From an uncultured Candidatus Saccharibacteria bacterium (GTDB lineage: Bacteria; Patescibacteriota; Minisyncoccia; Phycocordibacterales; PALSA-1337), in NCBI GenBank assembly GCA_964412585.1, contig CAYPPJ010000004.1:9825-73824 (forward strand): DNA of 64,000 nucleotides, given 5' to 3'. Shown here in pieces: positions 1 through 9,190 of this stretch; the stretch's first letter is position 1, and each line of letters starts with the position of its first letter. The notes under the pieces are model-generated. The model did no database searches. It saw nothing but the letters and a program-made list of their open reading frames with translations, and was not told the origin of the DNA. The translations under genes and the position numbers were made by a program.

Positions 1-400
1 CAGGAACATTGATAGTCACGGAAATGCGAGCTTTGTGTCCGTGAGGAATATCGATGCTCGTCGTCGATATGCGGAGTGAATCGCGGAGTGAATACGGACC
101 GCGATCATTACCAAGCAACATGACTGGACGCTGCAAGTCGCGAGACCCTTTGAAGTCTTCTTCGACTAACGTGAATGTCTTGTCAAAGCCGAGACGGTTT
201 GAAACACTCAATTGAAACGTCCTCGATTCTCCTGGACTCATCTCAACGTCGATCTTTCCTGGACCAACAACGAAGTCTTTGTATGCCACGTTGTCAGGCA
301 ATGCCTCCATGGATACTTGCGCATGCGCAGGAATACTGACGGCACAGATCATCGCAATCGTGAACAGAGCTATCTGAATGTATCTTGAAGTTAGGGACAT
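1..400 (-). CDS. Secreted hypothetical protein, partial (C-terminus lies beyond the window start); N-terminal signal peptide MSLTSRYIQIALFTIAMICAVSIPAHA
   Basis: Minus-strand ATG at 398-400 followed by an open frame running to position 1. Signal-peptide-like N-terminus. Co-directional and only 1 nt from the upstream gene, so operon-like. Absent from the ORF track because there is no in-window stop. Confidence 0.5.
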   Translation of the reverse strand, partial: MSLTSRYIQIALFTIAMICAVSIPAHAQVSMEALPDNVAYKDFVVGPGKIDVEMSPGESRTFQLSVSNRLGFDKTFTLVEEDFKGSRDLQRPVMLLGNDRGPYSLRDSLRISTTSIDIPHGHKARISVTINVP

Positions 401-401
401 G

Positions 402-1088
402 TTAGTTAACTGTTGCCGTCAGTGTAGTCGTGGCGACATAAGTATCATCCGGAATCACAGGACTTGGGTTCGGCATAATCTTCACGCGGAACTTGAGCGT
501 GGTTGTCGCACCCGAGGCTGGAGTCTGGTAGTTACGGTTGATAATCGTAAGCGGAGTTGAGGTTGCACCAACCCAGCAGGCATTCGCGGTATCGTTTGAA
601 CCAGTACCACACGCACCCGCGTTGTTATCCTTGAAGAGAGCTGGCAGATCTGATGTAGTCGACGCCTCCACGGTATAGCCAAAGTACGCCCTATTTGTTG
701 GGACGTTGAAGTTATAGTCCGCCGCGAATGATGACGATGTCGCGTAGGCTGGAATGTAGTTCGTTGAACTCGCGTTTCCAATCATGCCGAGCGATGAGCT
801 CGCGGTCAGCGTCATGGTGTAGCCGAGGTGATCGTTCGTCTGAACAATGACCTGGGTGCCGCCATCAGATGTACCTCCAGTAATACCTCCCAACGATGGG
901 CTCAGTATCACGTTCGAGGCCGGTGTGCTGAATGAGACCTCTGAGGTAATCGTTTGAGAGATAGTGAACTGGCTTGTGGCCGTCGTAGCACTCAAACTGA
1001 TTGCCGGTTCAGCAAGCAAGAAAAGAACAGCTACAATGAGGAGCGCTGTGAATCCTTGGCGAACTGAACTGTTTATAAGCTTAATCAT
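402..1088 (-). CDS. Secreted Ser/Thr-rich surface protein (signal peptide, low-complexity T/S/G-rich body)
   Basis: ORF 402..1295 trimmed to the internal ATG at 1086-1088 (MIKLINSSVRQGFTALLIVAVLFLLAEPAISLSA looks like a signal peptide). The upstream extension would overlap the neighbouring gene. The composition is Thr/Ser-rich and lacks the Glu at +5 expected of a type IV pilin. Confidence 0.55.
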   Translation of the reverse strand: MIKLINSSVRQGFTALLIVAVLFLLAEPAISLSATTATSQFTISQTITSEVSFSTPASNVILSPSLGGITGGTSDGGTQVIVQTNDHLGYTMTLTASSSLGMIGNASSTNYIPAYATSSSFAADYNFNVPTNRAYFGYTVEASTTSDLPALFKDNNAGACGTGSNDTANACWVGATSTPLTIINRNYQTPASGATTTLKFRVKIMPNPSPVIPDDTYVATTTLTATVN

Positions 1089-1120
1089 ATATTTTTTATG
1101 TGTTAATAATTTTCGACCAA

Positions 1121-1140
1121 ACTGAAACTTTCGTTTCAGT
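1121..1140. promoter_or_regulatory. Perfect palindrome ACTGAAAC-TTTC-GTTTCAGT, about 50 nt upstream of the secreted-protein gene start; candidate operator or 5-prime-UTR hairpin
   Basis: 8-bp perfect inverted arms with a 4-nt spacer, read directly from the sequence. It is not followed by a T-run on the minus strand, so it is unlikely to be a terminator. Confidence 0.35.
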
Positions 1141-1182
1141 GGACTGAACCCTTCGAATAAGGTCCAACCCACCAGCACGAAA

Positions 1183-2235
1183 TCACGGCGAACTGCCGTT
1201 TGTTTTGTCGCCAGATTTGATTGGAACAAGAACGTACATGAAGTCTTTGCCGCTCGACTTGCGGAAGACTGGAGTAATAACACCTGCGGTTCCACTCTGA
1301 TCAGGATGGACCGCTACGTCATCAGAAAATGTATTGCGAAGCTGTTCTGTGCGCGCAGCATCCTGTGCCGCATCTCCTGTCGAAGGAGCAACAACCATGC
1401 CGTACTCTGTGCCGTGGACAGAAATAGGATCAACCGTACGAACAGTAAGATCGCGGCTCTTGATGATGCGCGCAACAACAGCCTCGTATTGCTGTTCAAA
1501 AAAAGCAACGATGGCTTGTGCTGTCGAATAGACACCGGCCACTGATGAGTTGTTGACCGCAACATTTCCCGCACCACCAATGTATGAGATCGTCATTGAT
1601 GCGACAAAAATGAAAACGACTATAAAAGCCAGCGTCAAAACTGAAGTTCGAATCGGGTGAGAAATTTTTTCACCCTGAGCAGCAGCGCGTAATGTCGAAC
1701 GCGAGACCGTCGGATATGGTGAGAGAACAGCTTTAGAAGATTTTGTACTTACTGGTGACTGGCGAGAAAGTTTTCGGAACTCAGCCTCACGCTGTTCCTG
1801 TTCAATCTTGCGCATATGAGCAAAGACCGACTGCTCAGTCACGAACCAAGTATGACCGATCATCTTTGCATCGAGTTTGCCTGAACGACAGAGCTGCCCT
1901 ATGTAGTCAGCGGAATATCCGGACATCTCTGCAGCACGTCGTGCTGAGATCCTACCAACTTCGTCAGATGAAGTATCCTCATCTACACCCGTTTTGCTCG
2001 AGGATAATTTCTTGAAGTTTAATGCCCTGTTTTTGAAGGATTCAGCAGAGGCTGAAATGGCCTGGTGAGCAACTAAAGACTCCTCAGTTATGAACCAGGT
2101 GTGACCAAACATTTTTCCGTCCAATTTTCCTGCTCGACAAAGCTGTCCGATGTAGTCAGAAGAATAATCCGAGACTTTGGAAGCTCGTTTAGACGAGATG
2201 TATTTTTTACCTTGAAAAATAACGGTATGTTTCAT
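1183..2235 (-). CDS. Membrane-anchored protein with two tandem N-terminal MerR/excisionase-type HTH domains, one transmembrane helix and an extracytoplasmic C-terminal domain (ToxR-like topology)
   Basis: An internal duplicated block of about 45 aa (SDYSSDYIGQLCRAGKLDGKMFGHTWFITEESL and SGYSADYIGQLCRSGKLDAKMIGHTWFVTEQSV) matches the HTH_17/MerR pattern. A hydrophobic segment VLTLAFIVVFIFVASMTISYIGG follows it. Confidence 0.6.
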   Translation of the reverse strand: MKHTVIFQGKKYISSKRASKVSDYSSDYIGQLCRAGKLDGKMFGHTWFITEESLVAHQAISASAESFKNRALNFKKLSSSKTGVDEDTSSDEVGRISARRAAEMSGYSADYIGQLCRSGKLDAKMIGHTWFVTEQSVFAHMRKIEQEQREAEFRKLSRQSPVSTKSSKAVLSPYPTVSRSTLRAAAQGEKISHPIRTSVLTLAFIVVFIFVASMTISYIGGAGNVAVNNSSVAGVYSTAQAIVAFFEQQYEAVVARIIKSRDLTVRTVDPISVHGTEYGMVVAPSTGDAAQDAARTEQLRNTFSDDVAVHPDQSGTAGVITPVFRKSSGKDFMYVLVPIKSGDKTNGSSP

Positions 2236-2590
2236 GTGTCTCGTTTATAATTATAACTGACTTTCGCTCAAAAAAATCCGCAGAAATTCTGTGGACAACT
2301 GATACATGGATCTCAAAAAAATGGTATTATATTTTCAGTTCGAAAGGAGCGAAAAATGACCTCAATTTCAGTTTAGAACGACCTAAGTACCATCTTTTTT
2401 GAGAAAAATGAATTTTTTTCTAAAAAATCACCAAAAAACGAAATCCATTTTGAGCCATTTTAAAACTTTTTATTTAGGCTTTAAATTAATTATTAAATAA
2501 CATTATAAACCTTATAAATATTGATATTTATTGCTATATAATACTATTTAATTTATAATGTATAGTAAGGTTTAATAATCTTTAAAATAT

Positions 2591-2839
2591 ATGGACATCA
2601 CCAACATAAAACTTATAACCATCCAGCAGGCAGCCAAGATTTTAGGTGTTACGCCACTGACTCTTCGCAACTGGGACAATAGTGGCAAGTTCGAGGCCTC
2701 AAGACACCCTATCAATAACTATCGGGTCTACAAGCTTGCTGACATAGAGAAGCTCCTTATGGAGATCGAGGCAAGCAAAGGTAAGCGTCCTAACAAGAAG
2801 CAGGTCCGTAAGCTGGTAGTACAGCACCTGGAGGCATAG
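2591..2839 (+). CDS. Small MerR/excisionase-family HTH DNA-binding protein
   Basis: 82 aa. The motif IQQAAKILGVTPLTLRNWDNSGKF...YRVYKLADIEKL is typical of a MerR-type HTH. It is preceded by a 190-nt stretch that is extremely AT-rich. Confidence 0.6.
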   Translation: MDITNIKLITIQQAAKILGVTPLTLRNWDNSGKFEASRHPINNYRVYKLADIEKLLMEIEASKGKRPNKKQVRKLVVQHLEA

Positions 2840-2936
2840 GTTACTAGAATATTTTTAGGCAATAAAAATAAGGGTTTGGTGAGATTGTCGAAGCGGAGAA
2901 ATACCTGTAAACTTGAGTAATTACTGAAGCACTAGT

Positions 2937-4406
2937 ATGGACCAAAAATATATTCCCACAATTGGTTTAGAAATTCATGCAGAGCTCAAGACAGCTTCCA
3001 AGATGTTTTGTGCCTGCAAGAATGATCCTGATGAGGAAAAGCCAAATGCAAATGTCTGTCCGATTTGTTTGGGCAACCCCGGCACACTCCCTGTTCTCAA
3101 CATGAAGACTATCGAGCACGTGCTCAAGGTTGGCGTCGCTGTAAACGGCAAGCTCGCTGATTTTACTGAGTGGGATCGTAAAAATTATTTTTATCCCGAT
3201 ATTCCAAAGGGCTACCAAATCAGTCAGTACAAGTACCCCCTCGTCTCCGACGGTGAGCTCGCTGGTGTCGCGCTCGAACGTATTCATTTGGAAGAAGACA
3301 CGGCACAGTCGACTCACGACACGCATCACAAAAGTTTGGTGAACTTCAATCGAGCAGGTGTACCGTTGATGGAGCTCGTGACGAAGCCCGTCATTCATGA
3401 TGCCGCAACTGCAGTTCGTTTTGCAAAAGAACTTCAGTTGCTCCTCCGTTACCTCGGTGCCGGTGAAGCCAACATGGAAAAGGGCGAGATGCGAGTTGAG
3501 GCAAACATTTCTGTCGCCTCCCCTGCTGATACTGCTGCAAGTAAGTTTGGTACAAAAACAGAAGTTAAAAATCTAAACTCATTCCGTGCTGTCGAACGTG
3601 CGATTGAGTTCGAGATCGAGCGTCAGACCGCAATGCTTGAGTCTGGTGAAAAGGTCGCGCAAGAGACGCGTGGTTGGGATGATGGTGCCAACGAGACGTA
3701 CTCACAGCGAAGCAAGGAGAGTTCACACGACTACCGCTACTTCCCCGATCCTGATATACCAAAACTCAAACTTTCTGAGGTTGCTGCATTTTCAGTTGAT
3801 ACGTTGAAAAAAGAGCTCCCAGAACTTCCATGGGCAAAACGTGAGAGATACAAGAATGATTATGCGATGACGGACAAGGAGGTTGCGGTGTTTGTGGAGA
3901 CACCTGAGCTCGCAATTTACTTTGAGTCGATCATTTCTGTGTTCAAGGGTGACTCAAAAGCTATAAAGTTGGCTACAAATTATCTTCTCACAGACTATCT
4001 GAAGCTCGTAAAGGATGTTGTTGATGCTTCTGCGGGCACCAAAACGGACTATTCATCTATCTTGAATACTGTTAGCCCCGCTCAATTTGCTGAACTTATC
4101 GGTATGATTGCAGCTGGAGATATCAATTCCCGTGGTGCAAAAGATATTTTGGGCATGATGTTCAAAGAAAAAGACGCCTCAGCTAAGCAACTCGCAGAGA
4201 AACATAACCTTATCCAGAAGAGTAACGCCGATGATCTTATTCCTATTATTGAGAAAATACTTGTGGATAATCAAAAGGCCGTTACCGAGTACAAGGCCGG
4301 CAAGCTCGCTTCCCTACAGTTCCTCACTGGTCAGGCCATGAAGGCCACAAAGGGTGCGGGCAATCCGGAGGTGGTGAAGAAAATACTGTTGGAAAGACTT
4401 GGGTAA
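2937..4406 (+). CDS. gatB: Aspartyl/glutamyl-tRNA(Asn/Gln) amidotransferase subunit B
   Basis: The N-terminus IPTIGLEIHAELKTASKMFCACKN, the CPICLG motif and the overall 489-aa length are a canonical GatB signature. Confidence 0.9.
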   Translation: MDQKYIPTIGLEIHAELKTASKMFCACKNDPDEEKPNANVCPICLGNPGTLPVLNMKTIEHVLKVGVAVNGKLADFTEWDRKNYFYPDIPKGYQISQYKYPLVSDGELAGVALERIHLEEDTAQSTHDTHHKSLVNFNRAGVPLMELVTKPVIHDAATAVRFAKELQLLLRYLGAGEANMEKGEMRVEANISVASPADTAASKFGTKTEVKNLNSFRAVERAIEFEIERQTAMLESGEKVAQETRGWDDGANETYSQRSKESSHDYRYFPDPDIPKLKLSEVAAFSVDTLKKELPELPWAKRERYKNDYAMTDKEVAVFVETPELAIYFESIISVFKGDSKAIKLATNYLLTDYLKLVKDVVDASAGTKTDYSSILNTVSPAQFAELIGMIAAGDINSRGAKDILGMMFKEKDASAKQLAEKHNLIQKSNADDLIPIIEKILVDNQKAVTEYKAGKLASLQFLTGQAMKATKGAGNPEVVKKILLERLG

Positions 4407-4417
4407 TCGACGCTTGT

Positions 4418-4858
4418 ATGCTTATTACAGAACAAAAACTTGTCGTACGATCTCGAGGCATCATTATACATGACGAAAAATTATTGACTGTAAAACACGC
4501 CCCCAATAGCGCATTCTACGCTTTACCAGGAGGACATATTGAACATGGTGAAGACCCGAGAGAATGCATGGCACGTGAGCTAGAGGAGGAACTGGGAATT
4601 CGGGGACAGGTTGGTAGACTACTTTATGTAAATACTTTTATGGATAGTGGTATCCACTCTGTAGAATTCTTCTTTGAAATTATCAATTCTGCTGCATATG
4701 CTGGTATGGAACGAGCCACAGGCCTTCTCGGCAAAGAGATCCACGAGGTACGATGGATTGGTCCAACGGAAAACGTACGTATTCTGCCTTCTAAAATTGA
4801 TACGGACCTACGAGATGCCACGCTACTTTCTGACTCGGTCAGGTTCATCAAGGGTTAG
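4418..4858 (+). CDS. NUDIX hydrolase
   Basis: Nudix box GGHIEHGEDPRECMARELEEELGI. Confidence 0.75.
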   Translation: MLITEQKLVVRSRGIIIHDEKLLTVKHAPNSAFYALPGGHIEHGEDPRECMARELEEELGIRGQVGRLLYVNTFMDSGIHSVEFFFEIINSAAYAGMERATGLLGKEIHEVRWIGPTENVRILPSKIDTDLRDATLLSDSVRFIKG

Positions 4859-5826
4859 CCCTTCAACCTCTTCACCAACTCCTCACCAAGCTTCTTGATC
4901 GAAGCATCATCGAGCACAGTCACTTCGAGCATATCCTCGCCGTACTTTTTAAGCGTCTTTCGTGCTGCCTTTATTTTCTTTTCATCTACCATATCAGTTT
5001 TCGTCAGAATAATAACTTCCTGTTTATCTGGGAGCCCTTCGCCATATTTTTCCAGTTCACGGCGCACTGTGAGATATGCCTCCTTCACGTCTTCATTTTC
5101 CAATGAAACAAGGTGCAGCAACACCTTCGTGCGCTTCACGTGACGCAGGAATTTGTGCCCGAGACCCTTCCCTTCGGAAGCGCCCTCAATAAGTCCTGGA
5201 ATGTCAGCGAGGATATAGCCTCCACGGAGAGCGCCGAGGTTTGGATCGAGTGTCGTAAAAGCGTAGCTGCCCACCTTTGCATGAGCAGACGTGAGTGCAT
5301 TCAACAGGCTAGATTTGCCAGCATTCGGCAGTCCTATAAGGCCCGCGTCAGCAATCAAGTTCAAGTCCACCTTAAAATCTGCCTCTTCACCTGCCATACC
5401 ATCGGTTGATTGCTCCGGCTTTACATTGGTAGAAGCTTTGAAATGTTCATTACCCAAACCCCCACGGCCACCATGAAGAATCTTGGAGACCTGACCATCC
5501 TCCACCAATTCAACAACTCGGCTTGATGAGAGATTCGTCACGATAGAGCCTATAGGCAGATCGACGTACTTATCTTCACCCGCCTTTCCCTGCATACTCC
5601 AATTTGCACCATCAACACCATCAGTCGCCTTAAACTGTTTGACCGATTTGTGGCGTGCGAGAATATTGATATCGCGGACGGCACGAACGTAGACATCCCC
5701 GCCTGGTCCGCCATTGCCTCCAGCAGCACCCGCAAATTCTTTGCCCTTTTCATGGCGCCATCGAACAACGCCGGTGCCACCGTCGCCAGCTTTCGCATGG
5801 AACTGTAATTCGTCTATAAATGCCAT
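4855..5826 (-). CDS. obg: GTPase Obg/CgtA (short form lacking a C-terminal extension)
   Basis: Obg fold N-terminus MAFIDELQFHAKAGDGGTGVVRWRHEKGKEF with its glycine-rich repeats, followed by the G-domain motifs GLPNAGKSSL and DIPGLIEGA. Confidence 0.9.
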   Translation of the reverse strand: MAFIDELQFHAKAGDGGTGVVRWRHEKGKEFAGAAGGNGGPGGDVYVRAVRDINILARHKSVKQFKATDGVDGANWSMQGKAGEDKYVDLPIGSIVTNLSSSRVVELVEDGQVSKILHGGRGGLGNEHFKASTNVKPEQSTDGMAGEEADFKVDLNLIADAGLIGLPNAGKSSLLNALTSAHAKVGSYAFTTLDPNLGALRGGYILADIPGLIEGASEGKGLGHKFLRHVKRTKVLLHLVSLENEDVKEAYLTVRRELEKYGEGLPDKQEVIILTKTDMVDEKKIKAARKTLKKYGEDMLEVTVLDDASIKKLGEELVKRLKG

Positions 5827-5827
5827 A

Positions 5828-6916
5828 TTAGTGAATTACCGAGTCGTTATTAGTTTTTTGCTCTGTTCGTATATCAGTAAATGATGTGCGGTAAAGCTCA
5901 AGCAAGGTAAACAATACGACGAGAATGACTGGGCCCAGGACAAGGCCTACGATGCCAAAGGTGATCAAACCTCCCAATACTGAAAGCAGAACGAGGAATG
6001 GGTGGATATGGATGCCGCGATTCATAAGTACCGGGCCGAGCATATGATCGATGAGGGTAACTGCGGCATAGCCCCAGATGAGCATGCCAACTGCATACAT
6101 TGGTGTACCAGATATATAGAGATACGCAGCTGCGGGTAGCACCACGAGACTGGTACCAAATCCAGGGATCAATGCTGTAATAGCCGCGAGCGTTCCCCAC
6201 AATGCGGGAGCCGGTATGCCAAATGTGTAAAACGCCAATCCAAGAACGACTCCCTCAAGCAAACTCACCACCATTGTGCCAGCAAACACTGAGCGGACCG
6301 CGCGTTTGAACACTCGAGTGATGTATTCGTCATTACTATCCAAAAGTGGACTCCAGGAAATAAACATCTTTTTGAGGATGGAGCCGTCACGCAAGAAGTA
6401 ATAGAAGGACAAAAGAAACACCAAGGCATATCCAGCTACTTTCGTCATGCTTGAAAAGATACTATCGAGGTTGTCGAAGACCCATTCCAAAGCGGTCTTG
6501 AGGTATTCAGTGATGTTGAATGAGTCAAAAGAATATGCAGGCAGAGCTCCGAAGACCGCTTGCGACATTGACTGTGAAAAGGCATTGAGACTCGTCACTA
6601 CATGCGAACGATTTGTCTCGTCGATAAGCATGCCGTAGAGCAACTGGACTTCAGCGTATACGCTCGCCACAAGGAAAAATAGAGGTACAAGAATGACGAT
6701 GGCGACAATGACTACTGTGGCTATTGCCGCTAGTGACGGTCCAAATCTGCCATGACCGAATACGCGGAGCATCAGACGGAATAGTGGGCGAAGCACGATT
6801 GCTCCAGCCAAAGCGAGAACCAGTGGTGTCAGGAATGGTAAAAAGATGAGCACCGTGGCGACCACTGCCCCCAAGAGAAGTATGAAGAAAAAGTAAGCGG
6901 ATATACGAGGATTCAT
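5828..6916 (-). CDS. AI-2E family (UPF0118/PerM-like) transporter
   Basis: 362-aa polytopic membrane protein whose N-terminal helices and overall pattern fit AI-2E family members. Confidence 0.7.
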   Translation of the reverse strand: MNPRISAYFFFILLLGAVVATVLIFLPFLTPLVLALAGAIVLRPLFRLMLRVFGHGRFGPSLAAIATVVIVAIVILVPLFFLVASVYAEVQLLYGMLIDETNRSHVVTSLNAFSQSMSQAVFGALPAYSFDSFNITEYLKTALEWVFDNLDSIFSSMTKVAGYALVFLLSFYYFLRDGSILKKMFISWSPLLDSNDEYITRVFKRAVRSVFAGTMVVSLLEGVVLGLAFYTFGIPAPALWGTLAAITALIPGFGTSLVVLPAAAYLYISGTPMYAVGMLIWGYAAVTLIDHMLGPVLMNRGIHIHPFLVLLSVLGGLITFGIVGLVLGPVILVVLFTLLELYRTSFTDIRTEQKTNNDSVIH

Positions 6917-6964
6917 TAATACTACATTACCACAACTTTAGAGATATGTGAACTTTCGAGAAGT

Positions 6965-7462
6965 TTATCCAAGCGTATTCACCTCGACAAGCTCTTGTTT
7001 CAGTATTTTTGCAGAATATTCAGCGGTAGAAGGCTTGTCAAAAAGAAAGGTCCCTTTAAATCGCTTACCTTGGAGAAAGAGTGGTATCCAATGAATATCA
7101 TCAGACCACATCTGTTCAAAAGGTATCTTATCTGTCGTGAACCACTGCGGACGCATTTCTTCGCTCTCAGTAGGTTTGCCGCTGAATTGAGTGACGCTAA
7201 AAATGTGTACTTCCAATATTTTTGGGTCATTCTCAAACTCAAAGTTGAGCACGCCACGTTCTTCTAGATCAAGCGGCGTGATACCAACCTCTTCTTTCAT
7301 CTCTCGTATAGCCGCCTGTTCAATAGTCTCTCCGTCGCCCAGTTTACCGCCAAATCCATTCCATCTTCCCTCTCCAAAGCCACGTTTCTTCATGCCAAGA
7401 AGAAGCTTATTATCTTGGTGAACCATGCACAGGGTCAAAGGTTTTATTTTCTTTGGTTCCAT
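6965..7462 (-). CDS. NUDIX hydrolase (MutT-like)
   Basis: Nudix box GGKLGDGETIEQAAIREMKEEVGI. Confidence 0.75.
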   Translation of the reverse strand: MEPKKIKPLTLCMVHQDNKLLLGMKKRGFGEGRWNGFGGKLGDGETIEQAAIREMKEEVGITPLDLEERGVLNFEFENDPKILEVHIFSVTQFSGKPTESEEMRPQWFTTDKIPFEQMWSDDIHWIPLFLQGKRFKGTFLFDKPSTAEYSAKILKQELVEVNTLG

Positions 7463-7473
7463 AGAAAGTGAGG

Positions 7474-8568
7474 CTATTTAGTAAATACACCTTTTGGTAG
7501 CTCTCCATTCAGTATAGGACCTATAATAACTTTGGCAGTCCGCAGTCCGACATCATTGAACGTAATCTCTCCACTGGCACCAGAAGTGTTTGTGTTCTGG
7601 ATATTCTCAAGCCATTTCTTTGCGTCTGAGTCGTACGCTTCCATGAGAGTATTAAATGAATCGTATCCGGTAGATGCTCCAATGCCAGGGTCACTTCCAT
7701 ATTTATTTTTATATGCAGTCACAAATTCGGAAGTATCCTTATCTCCCCCAGTAACCATAGCAATCGACCCATCAAGGACACCAAAGCTCCCAAGCACATC
7801 TTTTATCTCCTTCTCGCCTGTCTGTATATCTTGATCAAATACAAATACAAGAGGCGATTTTGACTGTTTCTGTGCTTCTTTGACTATAAGAGCAGCATGC
7901 TGTGGAACAGTATATAAAACAATAGCGTCAGGTTTATTGGCAAGAATTTTTAACACGTCTGTCCTGACATCCTTGCTCGCCGAGTCGACTGGGAAAGTCA
8001 CCACCTTTCCTTCATATCCCTTCATAAAAGAGTTGGCAAAATTGCTCCATGTCTCAATATTTTGAGCAATAATTACGGCTACATTTTTGTAACCTTTATC
8101 TTTCACATATGCACCAAGCTGGGCTTCTGTAGGGATGCCGCTTGGCCACAATTGAAAAATATTATCTTTTTCTGCAGCCTTGCTTTGCTCAAAGCCTTGA
8201 ATAAAAGGCTTTCCTGACTGGTGTATAAGATCGTACGCAACATCAACAGTGATAGTAGTCATACTAATGAAAGCGTCGACCTTGTCGACCGATGCAAGTT
8301 TCTGGTATGCAGAAAGGCCCCTTTTCGCGTTGAACTCATCATTCTCGACAATAAGATTTACTGAAGGGTTTGGATGTGCTACAACCCATTGTTCTTTGGC
8401 CAATTCAACCCCTTTATTGTAATTCTCACCAACGATCGCATAATCACCTGTCGTCCCTGAAATTACTCCGATTTCAATGATAGATACATTAGTTCTGTTT
8501 CGTACAAAATAGATTCCAACAATTATTATTACAACTCCAATAACTACTAATGCTATTTTTTTATTCAT
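7474..8568 (-). CDS. Membrane-anchored type-I periplasmic-binding-fold protein (branched-chain amino acid ABC substrate-binding-protein-like); no permease or ATPase partner is nearby
   Basis: N-terminal TM anchor MNKKIALVVIGVVIIIVGIYFV followed by a Leu/Ile/Val-binding-protein-like domain of about 340 aa. None of the adjacent genes is an ABC component. Confidence 0.6.
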   Translation of the reverse strand: MNKKIALVVIGVVIIIVGIYFVRNRTNVSIIEIGVISGTTGDYAIVGENYNKGVELAKEQWVVAHPNPSVNLIVENDEFNAKRGLSAYQKLASVDKVDAFISMTTITVDVAYDLIHQSGKPFIQGFEQSKAAEKDNIFQLWPSGIPTEAQLGAYVKDKGYKNVAVIIAQNIETWSNFANSFMKGYEGKVVTFPVDSASKDVRTDVLKILANKPDAIVLYTVPQHAALIVKEAQKQSKSPLVFVFDQDIQTGEKEIKDVLGSFGVLDGSIAMVTGGDKDTSEFVTAYKNKYGSDPGIGASTGYDSFNTLMEAYDSDAKKWLENIQNTNTSGASGEITFNDVGLRTAKVIIGPILNGELPKGVFTK

Positions 8569-8577
8569 AAGGAAAGT

Positions 8578-9018
8578 CTACCTCTTGCTCACATATTCCT
8601 CAACCCCCTTCAACCACCCGCCAGTGAAGTAATCAGCTGGCTTGAATGTCTTCAACTCAACCCATTCATGCTTCTCATGATTTTTCCCTAATGCAATAGC
8701 TCCACCCTTATATTGAGCAGAATATCCAATAGCAAAAATACGCCTCTTCTGTTTATCCCCTGTAGAAAGAATTTCGTCACGTTCATGCCTCATAAAAACT
8801 ACTGGTTTGCCTAGAGCATACTTCACATCTGGACCAAGCTCTTCTGCCATCTTACGCGCAACAACCTGTTCGAGAGGCACATCAAAATCATTCTCACGTA
8901 ATCGCCCGCCAGGGATATCCCAGTCGCCAAAACGATCCTTAGTTATGAGCAAATTGCCTTTATTATCTTCAAGGAATACTTTTACCGCTACGAAATAAAC
9001 GTCTTTTGATTGATTCAT
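8578..9018 (-). CDS. NUDIX hydrolase
   Basis: Nudix-like box GGRLRENDFDVPLEQVVARKMAEELG. Confidence 0.7.
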   Translation of the reverse strand: MNQSKDVYFVAVKVFLEDNKGNLLITKDRFGDWDIPGGRLRENDFDVPLEQVVARKMAEELGPDVKYALGKPVVFMRHERDEILSTGDKQKRRIFAIGYSAQYKGGAIALGKNHEKHEWVELKTFKPADYFTGGWLKGVEEYVSKR

Positions 9019-9031
9019 GCTAAGTACTTAA

Positions 9032-9190
9032 TTATGTAAACCTATTCCCCTTCCCACACCACGGACACCACCACTGTTTCTTTTTTGCTGGAGCATCACC
9101 TACTGACCACCACTTATCACAGTGGACACAGCGGAAATGACTGAGTTGTTCGATGGATCTCGTACCCTGTTTTTTACTTTTTTTCACCAT
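9032..9190 (-). CDS. Small zinc-ribbon protein (CxxC...CxxC)
   Basis: ORF 9032..9235 carries CVHCDK and CPWCGK motifs. The start was trimmed to an internal Met to reduce overlap with the upstream epimerase gene, but a 17-nt overlap remains. Confidence 0.35.
   Translation of the reverse strand: MVKKSKKQGTRSIEQLSHFRCVHCDKWWSVGDAPAKKKQWWCPWCGKGNRFT

Noticed and set aside
482-781. Alternative-frame ORFs within confirmed genes (for example 482..781, 2967..3398, 10352..10684, 11701..11982, 19433..19891, 21418..21720, 28191..28658, 28724..29173, 41455..41886, 55545..55865)
   Set aside because: Each lies wholly inside a longer ORF with clear family signatures on the same or opposite strand. None has motifs of its own.
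402-1088. Type IV pilin identity for the Ser/Thr-rich secreted protein
   Set aside because: The N-terminus has GFTALLIV after a basic stretch but lacks the invariant Glu at +5 and the prepilin-peptidase context. It is more consistent with an ordinary signal peptide.
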